Shown here piece after piece: positions 21,042 through 31,914 of a stretch of 64,000 nt of DNA. The position numbers and the translations under genes were made by a program. The first letter of the stretch is position 1, and every line of letters begins with the position of its first letter. The DNA lies in the NCBI RefSeq assembly GCF_000315625.1, contig NW_005434584.1, positions 1-64,000 of the forward strand, given 5' to 3'. The stretch comes from Guillardia theta CCMP2712 (Eukaryota; Protista; Cryptophyta). The notes under the pieces were generated by a model that was not told the origin of the DNA, did no database searches, and saw only the letters and a program-made list of their open reading frames with translations.

Positions 21042-23939
21042 ATGTGGAGGAGGAGAGTGCGAGGAGCTCGGCGATGTTTGGGGATCATGCTAGTCCTCTC
21101 CTTTCTCCTCTCCTTCCTCCTCTCATTCCTGTATCTTCCTCGATTCACTTTCTCCCAGCATTGCAAACAGCAACACGCCATGCCCGGATCGCAGACCTGT
21201 CGCATGGAGGGGAGGGTGTACACGTGCATCACAGTGGAAGGATTCGTCGTTGACACCCCGGAAACTCCATCTCCGCACTTGATGTGCAAGGGAGGGAAAC
21301 ATAGTTGGGGGACGTGCTCAGAGGGGAAGTTTCTTTGCCTCGAGACCGTCCGACCCATCATGAATGGCTGCAGGGTACTCAAGACTAGAGAAAGACTCGG
21401 AGACGACGAGCAGCGGTTTTGGAAGAACAACTCATGTGAAGTTCTCGCAGCTGGTCAGCTTGGACTAGAGGCCATCCAGAGCTTCTCCAGGATCGCGACA
21501 TCTCCTAGCACATGTCGGGATCCGCCATTGAGCCGAGGCATCACAACAGTTTCCGTGGGTAGTGACCCGAAGCACTGGTTTGATTCTTTCATGTTGTGCG
21601 CTGCTCATGCCACGAGGATGGTGAATGGCCATGAGGCAATGCACGTCAGAGTGAGATCGTTTAGATTCTCGGATAAGCCAAGAAGCCTGTTACAACTCAT
21701 CGAAACTTTTCCTGCACAGCACATCGTATGGTTTCAGGACGCTTTCGATGTGTTCGTGACCAACGGGGTAGAGCCATCCGACATTGAATCCGCAAAGGCT
21801 TTCGACGTCAACGCGAATGAAATTCTCTTCAATGGCGAATGCAATTGCTTTCCGAGGATAGCTCCTTTATGTCAGCTGCAAGCGAGTTTGTTCGGAAGGG
21901 CTGGACCGCATAAGTATCTCAACTCTGGTCAATTCATAGGAAGAGCAAAGACCTTGAGATTGTTTCTAACAGGTCTGATGGCGATGATTGATGAGAATGG
22001 TGGAGATTGGCCGACAACAGATCAAGGTGCATTCATGGAGTACTGCTTCGGAAATGGCACATTCTCAGCAGAAAACATGGGAGTACGATGTAAAGTAGAC
22101 AGTGCAGCAGAAATCATGCGAACCATGATCAATTGCGAGGGACAAGATCCAATTAGATCTCTTCATGTACCCACGGATCTCGCTGAGTGTGAAGGAACTA
22201 AGAAGGGAAAAACATCATGTCTCACCGACTCGTACACAAAGCAGCAGGCGATCAGTTTTCATTTCAATGGAAAATCTTTGAATTCGAAGCTAGAATTCAG
22301 CCGGATTAAGCCTATCATTGGGTTTGCATTGAATATCAGTGACAGGGATCGGGTCAGACGGTGTGTCTTGCATTCTAGATCATCTCAACCTGTTGAGAAC
22401 ATGATCTTTACGTCCTCTACCATCTCTCAGCTTTGTCCGAGATTCCTTGATGTCCTGCTGGGAAGATTAGTCGAAGAAGAAATGGGCCTTGTCTTTGCTG
22501 ACACTAGAGATGACAAGTCCTACTGCCGCATTGCAGCATCAATGTACTCCTGCAAAGACGATAACGCTCAGACTCTCGTCACAGGCATGCAGAACAACGT
22601 CAATGACGACTGTCTGGCAATCCCAATAGTCTGTAACGGGTCCGCAGTAGTTTGTAAGGAGCCTAAAGCTCCCTCTGGAGTTCCTTATGTTGGAGGTGAA
22701 GCAGCAGGCAACAACTTCTGCAAGATTCAAGGTCTTCACTATCACTGTGTGAACTCAAAACATAAGCGCTGTCATGGTTATCCAGCCAGCAAACTAGTCT
22801 GCGGAGAAGACAGACATCTCTGTGAGCATCCATGCAATTTACCACCTCAGGCCCTCTTGCAATCCTATCTGGACTTTGTCAGAGTCAACGAGTGCAAACC
22901 GGAACATTACGTGAATGTTGCAAAGAGTTTTCTCACTTCTGAGTTCCAGGGGAGGCCCATAACTCATCACATGCTCTCTTCATATGTAAATTTCTCCAAG
23001 AATCTTTACACCATCAGAATAACCATCGTAAGCAATGTCTTGTATGTGCGAAACTATGATGCCGTGGCAGACAAAGGTCGAGCTCAGGAAGTTCTCAAGT
23101 ATCTTGACAATTTGCTGCAGCGCGTTAGTCTGCCCGATGTTGATTTCGTCATGCATGTTGGAGATGGAGTGCCTGAACATGCTTGGCCACTGAAAACGCC
23201 AACGGAGAGCTTCAATGTCCCTGTCTTCGTACAGGACATGTGGCCATCGGCTAACGCTGTCCTTGCTCCTTCTCGGTCGTCCATGTCTCATGAATTCGGA
23301 ACGTCCCTTTTCACAAGCTTTGAGGTCCCCTGGTCCAAAAAGCTCAACAAGGCCGTTTGGCGGGGATCCACTACTGGCGCTTTGTATACGAAGAAGAATT
23401 GGAGAGAACAGGTCAGGTCCAAGGTAGTGATGCTCAGCAGAAAGCGACCCGAACTCTTGGATGCCGGGTTCACAAACCTACGAGCACAGATCGACAGGGA
23501 AGAAACGTTCAAGGAAATGGAGGCAGCAGGGATGACAGGGCACTGGCTGCCACATGCCGATCAATTCAACTACCAAATCATAGTGGTTGTTGATGGAAAT
23601 GTCGTGCCAGATCGACTGCCGACACAAATGAATGGGAACAGCGCGATCGTGAAGCAGCTCACTGAACGGATAGAGCACTGGTATTCTTCTCTACGGCATG
23701 GAGAGAATATCATTCTCGTTAAGTCGGACATTTCTGACCTCGAAGAAACGCTGGAACGAGAGCTTAAGAATGCTTCAAGGTTGGCAAGAATCGCCAAGAA
23801 CGGAAAACTGCTTGTTCAGAAAGTTTTGAGTCAAAGAGCAGTTGATTGTTACTGGGCAGAGTTGTTGGAAGTCTATTCCAGCTTTCTCGAGAAACCTGTT
23901 GCTCCTCCTGAAGACAAGCATGCGTTCTGTAATCTTTGA
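21042..23939 (+). CDS. Bifunctional type II membrane glycosyltransferase: PLOD-type GT-A domain + GT90/CAP10 domain, with Cys-rich modules
   Basis: TM at aa 13-32. PLOD-like: FQDAFDVF, ILFNGECNCFP, YLNSGQFIGRAKTL, TDQ, FHFNG. GT90: LPDVDFVMHVGD, KAVWRGSTTG, PELLDAGFT, YQIIVVVDGN, EHWYSSL. Confidence 0.85.
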   Translation: MWRRRVRGARRCLGIMLVLSFLLSFLLSFLYLPRFTFSQHCKQQHAMPGSQTCRMEGRVYTCITVEGFVVDTPETPSPHLMCKGGKHSWGTCSEGKFLCLETVRPIMNGCRVLKTRERLGDDEQRFWKNNSCEVLAAGQLGLEAIQSFSRIATSPSTCRDPPLSRGITTVSVGSDPKHWFDSFMLCAAHATRMVNGHEAMHVRVRSFRFSDKPRSLLQLIETFPAQHIVWFQDAFDVFVTNGVEPSDIESAKAFDVNANEILFNGECNCFPRIAPLCQLQASLFGRAGPHKYLNSGQFIGRAKTLRLFLTGLMAMIDENGGDWPTTDQGAFMEYCFGNGTFSAENMGVRCKVDSAAEIMRTMINCEGQDPIRSLHVPTDLAECEGTKKGKTSCLTDSYTKQQAISFHFNGKSLNSKLEFSRIKPIIGFALNISDRDRVRRCVLHSRSSQPVENMIFTSSTISQLCPRFLDVLLGRLVEEEMGLVFADTRDDKSYCRIAASMYSCKDDNAQTLVTGMQNNVNDDCLAIPIVCNGSAVVCKEPKAPSGVPYVGGEAAGNNFCKIQGLHYHCVNSKHKRCHGYPASKLVCGEDRHLCEHPCNLPPQALLQSYLDFVRVNECKPEHYVNVAKSFLTSEFQGRPITHHMLSSYVNFSKNLYTIRITIVSNVLYVRNYDAVADKGRAQEVLKYLDNLLQRVSLPDVDFVMHVGDGVPEHAWPLKTPTESFNVPVFVQDMWPSANAVLAPSRSSMSHEFGTSLFTSFEVPWSKKLNKAVWRGSTTGALYTKKNWREQVRSKVVMLSRKRPELLDAGFTNLRAQIDREETFKEMEAAGMTGHWLPHADQFNYQIIVVVDGNVVPDRLPTQMNGNSAIVKQLTERIEHWYSSLRHGENIILVKSDISDLEETLERELKNASRLARIAKNGKLLVQKVLSQRAVDCYWAELLEVYSSFLEKPVAPPEDKHAFCNL

Positions 23940-24179
23940 TTTATTGCTTCATTGTACGCGTTAAGACTGTGCTATGAGAACAGTGCAACAAAGCTTTAAT
24001 GATGAATCTTTTCAAAACCTATTGGGGAATTATTGCAGGCAGTGGAAAGACATTTTTTTTGAGTCTTCCGTTTCCTGCTCTTCTTGAAAGGGATCCTTGA
24101 CTTTGGTAGAGTGAACGAAACAATAAAAATCTTTCGAGTAGCTTATCAGTACGTTTTCAAGCATTTGAAAGGTCAAAAG

Positions 24180-25913
24180 TCACATTGGCAGTGGTTCAAC
24201 ATCTCGTGATGACATGGTTGAGTTTAATCCCTCAACGACTGTCTCAAGCAGTAGGGGAATATCGTCCACCAACACCAGATAGTCCCTGGCATCATGAAGT
24301 TCCCAGTCTGGGCTCTCAGGTCGCTTCAAGCTAGTCCGCGTGTAGTCCGTGTGATACTGACCGAAAGACGCGCACATCTGAAAGTAATCAGGTCTCGGCC
24401 AGCCAACCATCAGCTCGATAACCATCCTCTTCGGTCGAAGCCACACAAGATTGGCAAGTCCAGCTCCATGCACACCCATAAAGATGTCAGCTTCTGAAAC
24501 AGATCGCAATATCTCCATGAAAGTTTCTCTGTCGAAATCATGCACAGAGAGATTGATATGATCTAGTCCCCTCAACTGACTTGTCACATTGTACTCGTTG
24601 ACAATCTCCCTCCGGCCATGTCGCACCAAGAATAGTACGCTACCTCTTCTGCTTCCCTCAAGCGGCCTAGACTGAAGGGGGATTCCAAGCCTGGACTTGA
24701 CCCAAGAACTGAGGAGGACTCCACTCAAGCTGACTTCCACTGCTTCCCTCCTGCCAACCTCCATGTCCCAACCCCCAGCTGTGACTCCAACGACGATGTT
24801 CTTGAAGCACACGGACTCACTCGAGTTTCCAAAGTTGAGCAACGACAGCACGCCTCGCCTGCACAGCAACGGGATGATGCCGCGTCCGAAAGGTCCCAGC
24901 TCCTTCATCTCCTGGTCGCGTGTGACAAACACGCAATCTGATCTCGCAGGAACGAGGCCGCCGGCCTTGCCTGACCTGCTGGGATCGAATCGATCTGATT
25001 CAATCAAGCTCGAGAACGAGACCCACCCGGCGAAAATGTTTCGAAACGACTGCAACATCTGGTGAAACGGGTTCCAGCCATCGAAGTATACGAGGTATGC
25101 TGTAACATTCACAGTTTGTGCACATGAGACGCTCTGGCCATCATCGATCGTTGCAACAACATCTACTCTATTGGAAGCCCTTGCATGTCTCATGTCTCTG
25201 ATCCCCGGACAGTCGCTGACAAAGGAGGTAATGTTGCTCTGATGAGAACCAGGAGAAGCTGCATGTGAAGTTTCATCCATTCGATCGCCTGGTAACTTGC
25301 ACTCAAACTTAGACATCTCCTCATTCCACTGAGCTAAACAGCCGAATGACAAACTTTCATTGAAACGCTGACTCCACTGGAGGTTGTAGAAGACATCCTG
25401 CAGTAAGCAACTACTGCCGATGCAGGAATGACGAACGATTCGATCTGCCGGAGGTAGATGTCGCACATCGTGAATCTTGCACAGGATTTGATTGTGTCTG
25501 CAGATCCCGTAGCTTGCTTCTTCAGACAGACAGTGCGTGGAGCATGCGAACGGGGCGGGCGTGCACGAATACTCAGTTGTGTGGAAACCCCACCTTATAG
25601 AGCACCTGGGCCCAGAATCGTGTACAAGCATGCTTAGGCATAGAAACTCTTCCCTGTCACAGATGCCCCATGACTCCAGTCCTCCAAGGCAGTTTGGAGG
25701 TCCACGGTCCATCCTTGTTTCCACCTGCACATGCTCGAACGACGTGCAAGTATACCGCGAGTGATTCACAATGCAGAAGCTCTTGCTGGGCTTGGGCTTG
25801 GAGCGAGTCAAGCTCTTGAGGCTGAAGTTGGCTTCGGGATGAGGGAAGCTGCTCCAAAGCATGAGGTGAAGAGACAGGGAGAGCAGCAGCAGCGACAACA
25901 ACCATCCTCTCAT
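24180..25913 (-). CDS. Type II membrane glycosyltransferase, GT61 family
   Basis: TM MRGWLLSLLLLSLSLHLMLW (an ATG at 25979 is also possible); NPFHQM, CFKNIVVG, RREIVNE, ADIFMGVHGAGLANLVWL, VIEL. Confidence 0.85.
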   Translation of the reverse strand: MRGWLLSLLLLSLSLHLMLWSSFPHPEANFSLKSLTRSKPKPSKSFCIVNHSRYTCTSFEHVQVETRMDRGPPNCLGGLESWGICDREEFLCLSMLVHDSGPRCSIRWGFHTTEYSCTPAPFACSTHCLSEEASYGICRHNQILCKIHDVRHLPPADRIVRHSCIGSSCLLQDVFYNLQWSQRFNESLSFGCLAQWNEEMSKFECKLPGDRMDETSHAASPGSHQSNITSFVSDCPGIRDMRHARASNRVDVVATIDDGQSVSCAQTVNVTAYLVYFDGWNPFHQMLQSFRNIFAGWVSFSSLIESDRFDPSRSGKAGGLVPARSDCVFVTRDQEMKELGPFGRGIIPLLCRRGVLSLLNFGNSSESVCFKNIVVGVTAGGWDMEVGRREAVEVSLSGVLLSSWVKSRLGIPLQSRPLEGSRRGSVLFLVRHGRREIVNEYNVTSQLRGLDHINLSVHDFDRETFMEILRSVSEADIFMGVHGAGLANLVWLRPKRMVIELMVGWPRPDYFQMCASFGQYHTDYTRTSLKRPESPDWELHDARDYLVLVDDIPLLLETVVEGLNSTMSSRDVEPLPM

Positions 25914-28133
25914 AGTCAATATATCGAGTGGTCCTGCTGTCACGCCATGAGCAATCGCGAGGCTTAAAAAAAAAGTCATGTTTTTAAATTTCCGAAGCGG
26001 GGCAGGGCTCTGGAGAAGGCGCGAAAATGGTGGCATACGAAAGAGGTTCCGTTTTGATGAAAACCGCACAAGAAGAGACCCATCCATTGCTGAGTTGGGA
26101 CAATTCAAAGATTACAAAATCTGGGAAATTGCCGCTTTGTTATGCGCGACATGGCTGCAAACATTTATGAAAGTGCTTACAGCCATGTCGCGCAGTGTGA
26201 AACGGTTGTACCAAGAACTAGGATTGAATCATAGGCACTCAATCGAACTTCAGATAGTGAAAACTAGATCATCAGAGTTTTTTTCGTTGTTTTTGTGCAA
26301 TCGAAATCAGCAAATAGTGCTATTTTCTTCATATTTTGATATGGCGTTCCGGGAAGATTACACGGGGAGCGTTGAAGTCTGGGTTGTTTTGGTTTGTGAT
26401 GGACATCCCTTGAATGGACAGTTGGTTCGGAGACGGCATGAGCTGCGATATCGTCTCCTTCCTTTCTGAGATTTCACATGCACATTCCCACTGAAACTGC
26501 AATGTTTCATCATGTTCTGTCAATCCTCAAACTGACAACCGCAAGCCTGATTTTTTCGTTGACAAATTGAACATTGAGAACTATAGAAGCACACTTCAAC
26601 CGTCAATGAATTTGGTACTTGGAAGCCTTTGTTTACACATGGATAATTCACCTTGAGGTGAGAATATGATGGTTTCATTGGCTCCCAATTGCTGCTAGGA
26701 TACATAAGTGTAGGAATGTTGGAACTGAGGTTTGCCAAGGCATTTCCTATAGGAAACTCAACATGAACAGCTCGAATATTCATTGCTCCACTCATGGACC
26801 CAAATTTACGCAAATGGAACTCAGTTCGTACCTGAAAGAAAGCTTCTATCACAGAAAACATGGAGATAATACTCCACTTACACGCTTCAAGATCGTGTTC
26901 TTGAAACAGGTCACCGCAGAAGAAAATTGTCAATGCAGATGATGAACAATTAAAAAATTGTTTACCATTGCAGTTTGATGCGTTGAGTAGACTTTCTGTG
27001 ACAGAGCCGCCGAGTTTGAACACGGACAGGTGTTTTATTCAGACCTCGCGTCAACCTTCGTTTCAGATGGTGATACGAGGCCCCTTCCAAATTATACATT
27101 TGCGGACGTAGCTCATCACGAACCACCGTTCGCGTCCATAAACGTGCAAACAAAGCTATCAACAATGTAAACCGATCCGATGTTGTAAATTCACATTTAG
27201 CAGACAATCTTAACAAAATCATAAGAAAGAAATACAAAAGGTACAATACGCAAGAGAATGAATGGAATTGTCAGTCATAGATACAGATTTCAAGATCATG
27301 AGAGTTTGAGCGTTGTGCAGCTTCATGATTCGCGTCTATACATACTGATATTCGGTCTGAATTCGTCATGTCAAGAATTCACAAACAGAAAAACTGTGTA
27401 AGAAGTCCATTTGTCGTTGTGTAATGAGCCTGTACTCGACTATCTCTGACTTTGATAGGTTTTTTACAGGGTAAAACATCGGCTCAGGTGGGGATTAGTC
27501 CACATGAATGATCTTTCATAACATTCAGAGTGTAGAGGAGAAAATGCAGTATGAATCGACCATGATTACCTATGACGAAAAGAACTATTAAATCTATTTG
27601 ATGAAATTCGACATGCTTGCAATATGTTCATAGTATGAAAATGTAACAGAATGAAATGTTGAACACACTCAACATACTTCCATCGCCATGTTTGGGTGTA
27701 GGGTTCATGAGTTCGGCAAGGAGTCCAAATCACATTTTCATAGTACAAAAAAATGAATAACTCATGATGTTACAACTTTCTCGTGAGTCATGTGCTTTTA
27801 GAATGATATTGGTTATGTTTGAACTGCAAGAAACTTGTTAAAAATATCAATATACAACCTCAGCATCAGCTTTCCTGCGACCTTCGTGCGCCATTGTTCG
27901 GCAGGAAATAGACCTCCACCAAAGCTCCCAATGCCCCTACCCTATAGTTTGACTGCTTTTTGCTTTCAAGAAACGGGGTCTAAATAGAGAGCGATGGACC
28001 CCTACCCTAAAATTTTGAGCTTGCCCCTGTGTTGGTCCCTCGCAGCCAGTGCGCAACACTTGCAACAGAGATCAACTCATCGAACAGCTTTTATTCTGGC
28101 TAAGAGTTCACTGAAGACAAGATTCCTATTTCT

Positions 28134-28739
28134 TTGAGCATGACCTCTCATTGCATTCACATGCGAAGGCGCACTCGTTGCCGCGAGTGTGGAGGGGGTA
28201 GTTTGTGTGAACATTTGCGGCAGCGATCACGATGTAAGGATTGCGGAGGAGGGAGCATATGCAAGCACGGGCGGCAGCGGTCTCTATGCCAAGAGTGCGG
28301 GGGGGGTAGCATATGCGAGCACCGGCAGCAAAGGTCCCGGTGCAAGGAGTGCGGAGGTGGAAGCATATGCAAGCACGGGCGACAGCGATCTCGATGCCAA
28401 GAGTGCGGAGGTGGAAGCATGTGCGAGCACGGGCGACAGCGAGCATCATGCAGAGAGTGCGGAGGAGGGAGTATATGCGAGCATGGGCGGCAGCGAGCAT
28501 CATGCAAAGAGTGTGGGGGGGGGAGCATCTGTGAACATTCGCGGCAACGGTCTCGATGCAGAGAGTGCGGAGGAGGGAGTATATGCGAGCACGGGCGGAG
28601 GCGATCAAACTGCAAGTGTTGCAGAGGAGGGAGCGTATGCGAGCACGGGCGGCAGCGATCGAGATGCAAGGGATGCGGGGGAGGAAGCATATGCGAGCAC
28701 GAGCGGCAGCGATTCCAATGCAGGGCATGCAGATGGTGA
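28134..28739 (+). CDS. Protein made almost entirely of 18-aa Cys/His repeats (CEHGRQRSRCKECGGGSI), about 11 units; putative zinc-binding
   Basis: 54-bp coding tandem repeat with synonymous variation; first ATG at 28140. Confidence 0.75.
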   Translation: MSMTSHCIHMRRRTRCRECGGGSLCEHLRQRSRCKDCGGGSICKHGRQRSLCQECGGGSICEHRQQRSRCKECGGGSICKHGRQRSRCQECGGGSMCEHGRQRASCRECGGGSICEHGRQRASCKECGGGSICEHSRQRSRCRECGGGSICEHGRRRSNCKCCRGGSVCEHGRQRSRCKGCGGGSICEHERQRFQCRACRW

Positions 28740-29654
28740 CCTAATTTTGTTCCCGTTTGTATTCCCAAGCGGAATGACATCACACAAGTATGACATTTGG
28801 GTCTACCTAAAGAGGCTTGGCCTTGCACGAAAGATGTTGAAATACGACTTACAAAGACAGAAAAGCAGAGCAATGCAGCATCGGGGATCTGATGAAAACA
28901 TAGGCTGCGTCAGAGGGAGGACAGATGGAAAATCGTGATCGATGGATGTGTTGGAAGGATTCCAGACCATCTTTCATTGATATTCAGCAAAGTCAGATTG
29001 GCCTGCAGAAAGGAATACTTTTGGTGGAAGGTGACTACCAAGTTAAAGACTTAAGTCCCTGTCTGCAAGAACAATACATTTGTTGTATTACATTCATAAA
29101 ATGAGCAAGCCAGAGATGGAGAGAGAGAAGGGATAGAGGAATGAAGAAAGAGAATGAAAGCAGGGTTAAAGGCGGAAGGGTGCATCAGATCCTGCTCCTG
29201 ACTCGGAAGTTCTGTTGTCTTGCTTTAGTCTTGTTCCTGACTTCTCAGATCTGTTGATATCCCTGGATGAGAATCCAACATGTCCTCCCAATCCTGAAAT
29301 TGATATGACAATGGCTTCAATTGAGAAACAACCTTGTTCGCGTCCTATGCAATGCATAAACATTAATCCGTCAGCACTTCAGCATATTAAAGAGGGCCTA
29401 ACGAGTCGTAATGCAAGCCGAGTATACTATCCTTGTCTTGGAAGAAGTCTAGCCAATGAGTCAAAGCTCGGTCAATAAAAGAAAGGAATGCAATTTCACT
29501 CTGTTACCATCAAAATCAATTCGCTTCCTACGATTATTGTTCGAAATATAGAAGGCTCAACCTAAGATAAAACAATGATTGGCAGGTGCCAGTGGCAAAA
29601 TCCAAAATGTTTGCTCCAAGTTTTACATGTACAATGCCAGCTTTGAAATCTAAT

Positions 29655-29696
29655 ATCTCTCACTCGCTCTCTCTCTCCCTCCCTCCCTCCCTATCC

Positions 29697-29767
<71 letters not shown>

Positions 29768-29782
29768 TCTCTCGCTCGCTCG

Positions 29783-29819
<37 letters not shown>

Positions 29820-30033
29820 TCGTCCTCTGTCTCTCTCTCTCTCGCTCTCTCGCTCTCTCGCTCTCTCGCTCTCTCTCTGTCTCTCGATCTCTGTCTCTCT
29901 GTCTCGCTGTCTCTCTCTCTGTTGCTCTCTCTCTCTCACTCTCTCTCTCTCTCTCTCGCTCGCTCACTCTCTCTGTTGCTGTCTCCCTCTCTCTCTGTCT
30001 CTGTCTCTCGCTCTCCCGCTCCCTCTCTCGCTC

Positions 30034-30065
<32 letters not shown>

Positions 30066-30279
30066 GCTCTGTCTCTCTCTCTGTCTCTAGCTCTCTCTCT
30101 CTCTCTCTCTCGCTATCTCTCTCTCGCTCGCTAACTCTCTCTCTCGCTCCCTCGCTCTCTCGCTCTCGCTCTCGCTCTTGCTCTCTCTCGCTCGCTTGCT
30201 CGCTCACTCTGTCTTGCTTGCTCTCTCTCTCTCTCTCTCTCTCTCGCTCTCTCTCTCTCCCTCTCTCTCGCTCGCTCTC

Positions 30280-30331
<52 letters not shown>

Positions 30332-30345
30332 GCTCTCTCTTTCTC
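29655..30345. repeat. Degenerate (CT)n microsatellite with a short (CA)n tract
   Basis: About 700 bp of ctct/ctcg/ctgt units. Confidence 0.97.
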
Positions 30346-30435
30346 TTCACTTCTCTCATCTATTTTACTTATTATCCGGCCGGCCTCAGAGGTCATCTTT
30401 TTTTTTTAATTTTTACTCTTCAAACAGCGTCGCGC

Positions 30436-31470
30436 ATGTTCGGTGAGCATGCGTCAGAGGTAAAACGGCGGATGAAGAGGCAAGGTGGGCCTCCGCAGGC
30501 TGCTTTGATCTTTCTGGGATTCATTTGTGGGTTTGCAATCGCTTCCACCATCTCATGGCTAACTCGAAGATCTCCGGAAACGCGACTAGAAGTGAACTCG
30601 CTTCAGCGTGCCTCTCAGACTCTTCATGTTTCAGCACCGTTGTCAGCCGGAGAATCAGGTTCTCTGAGCATTCTACAACGTCAGTTTGAGTACAAAGGCA
30701 CACATTGCTCGATGACTTTCGATGAGGCATCAGTCACCGAAGTATTTGAAGCTCACCAATCGGAATGGGCTCATTTTGGTCGAACTCAAGCCTGGTGGAG
30801 CGTTCTGACCGATGATCGCTGGAAGGGAATGAAGGATATCCCGACTGATGTAAAAACTAATTTCTACAACTCTGCTGGTGCAGAAGCTAAAGATATTCTG
30901 TCCCAACTCAATCGCTTCTCTGTGAAGTCCAGAAGATCAGCCTTGGACTTCGGCTGCGGAGTTGGGAGGTTATCAGCTATGCTGCATAAGACTTTGGGGT
31001 ATGAGAAGGTGATGGGAATTGACCAATCAGTGTGGCATATTATGATAGCTCGTCAAGAGATGAAACGAATGAAGATGAGTGAGAACGTTGAATTTAGAGT
31101 TTCGGGTCCAGACCTGTTGAAAACCCTCCAAGGACAACGCTTCGATCTTGTAATCTCTGTTATTGTTCTTCAGCACATGGTCCCATCCCTGATGGTCATA
31201 TACATCGAGCAGTTTTGCGACCTCTTGGAGGTTGGAGGGCATGGCTATTTTCAGGTCCCCACGTATTTGAAGGCTGATTATTCTCAGTTCAAGTGCGACT
31301 ACACTTGGTCGATCCAAGAAGGCGGAATGCAGGTGTGGTACTTAGAGCACGACCAAGTAGAGGAGGCCCTTCGACGCAGAGGATGTCGTGTGCTTGAAAA
31401 CTACCCCATGGATAGCATCGGAATTCCGGAATCGAAGAGCGAGCTGTTTTTCTTCACACGCGAATATTAG
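30436..31470 (+). CDS. Membrane-anchored class I SAM-dependent methyltransferase
   Basis: TM ALIFLGFICGFAIASTISWL; motif I ALDFGCGVGRL, GIDQS, FDLVISVIVLQHM, LLEVGGHGYFQVP. Confidence 0.85.
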   Translation: MFGEHASEVKRRMKRQGGPPQAALIFLGFICGFAIASTISWLTRRSPETRLEVNSLQRASQTLHVSAPLSAGESGSLSILQRQFEYKGTHCSMTFDEASVTEVFEAHQSEWAHFGRTQAWWSVLTDDRWKGMKDIPTDVKTNFYNSAGAEAKDILSQLNRFSVKSRRSALDFGCGVGRLSAMLHKTLGYEKVMGIDQSVWHIMIARQEMKRMKMSENVEFRVSGPDLLKTLQGQRFDLVISVIVLQHMVPSLMVIYIEQFCDLLEVGGHGYFQVPTYLKADYSQFKCDYTWSIQEGGMQVWYLEHDQVEEALRRRGCRVLENYPMDSIGIPESKSELFFFTREY

Positions 31471-31914
31471 ATTGAGCGGGGTTTTCATTATCATGAAACA
31501 GAAGTTGGGATGTTCATTGCTAAAAGTACAAGTCATGCAATGGAATAATTCGAAAACGATTGTTCATTTATTTAAATAGACAAAACGATCATTTAGACGA
31601 ATTCTTCGATTTGAGGAAACCTGAAATCCTAAACAACTCAGTTATGTCTCTCTAATTGACTAGAGTTCATCTTTCCCTGTGTTGACTTGTTTGAGGCAGC
31701 CTCCCAGATGAGCCCTGGGAAGCATGCCACCTGCCTGCTTGACCTTTCAAGTTCAACGGTTCCACTCCTATTCCGCACGCATCGGCTCTCGCCACTGACA
31801 TATTGAGCGAGTCAAAATCGAGTCAAAATCACGTACTACCCCTACCAGAGTGCTCGGTCTAGAGGGTACCATTCTACCTCACCATCCTGCTCTCTATATA
31901 TCTGCGCAGCAAAT

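Noticed and set aside
26100-27750. Fragmentary minus-strand ORFs as another glycosyltransferase
   Set aside because: Only faint hints; no motif I can support. Possibly a decayed or intron-rich gene.
28126-28938. Alternative-frame and antisense ORFs over the Cys/His repeats (also 31874-32726) and over the 24-bp repeat
   Set aside because: Shadow ORFs caused by stop-free repeat units; the Cys frame and the GT frame are the ones that fit the conserved patterns.
29586-30409. ORFs rich in SL or RE dipeptides (29586-30134, 29650-30396, 5' part of 30178-31470)
   Set aside because: Translations of the (CT)n microsatellite; the real methyltransferase start is most likely the ATG at 30436.
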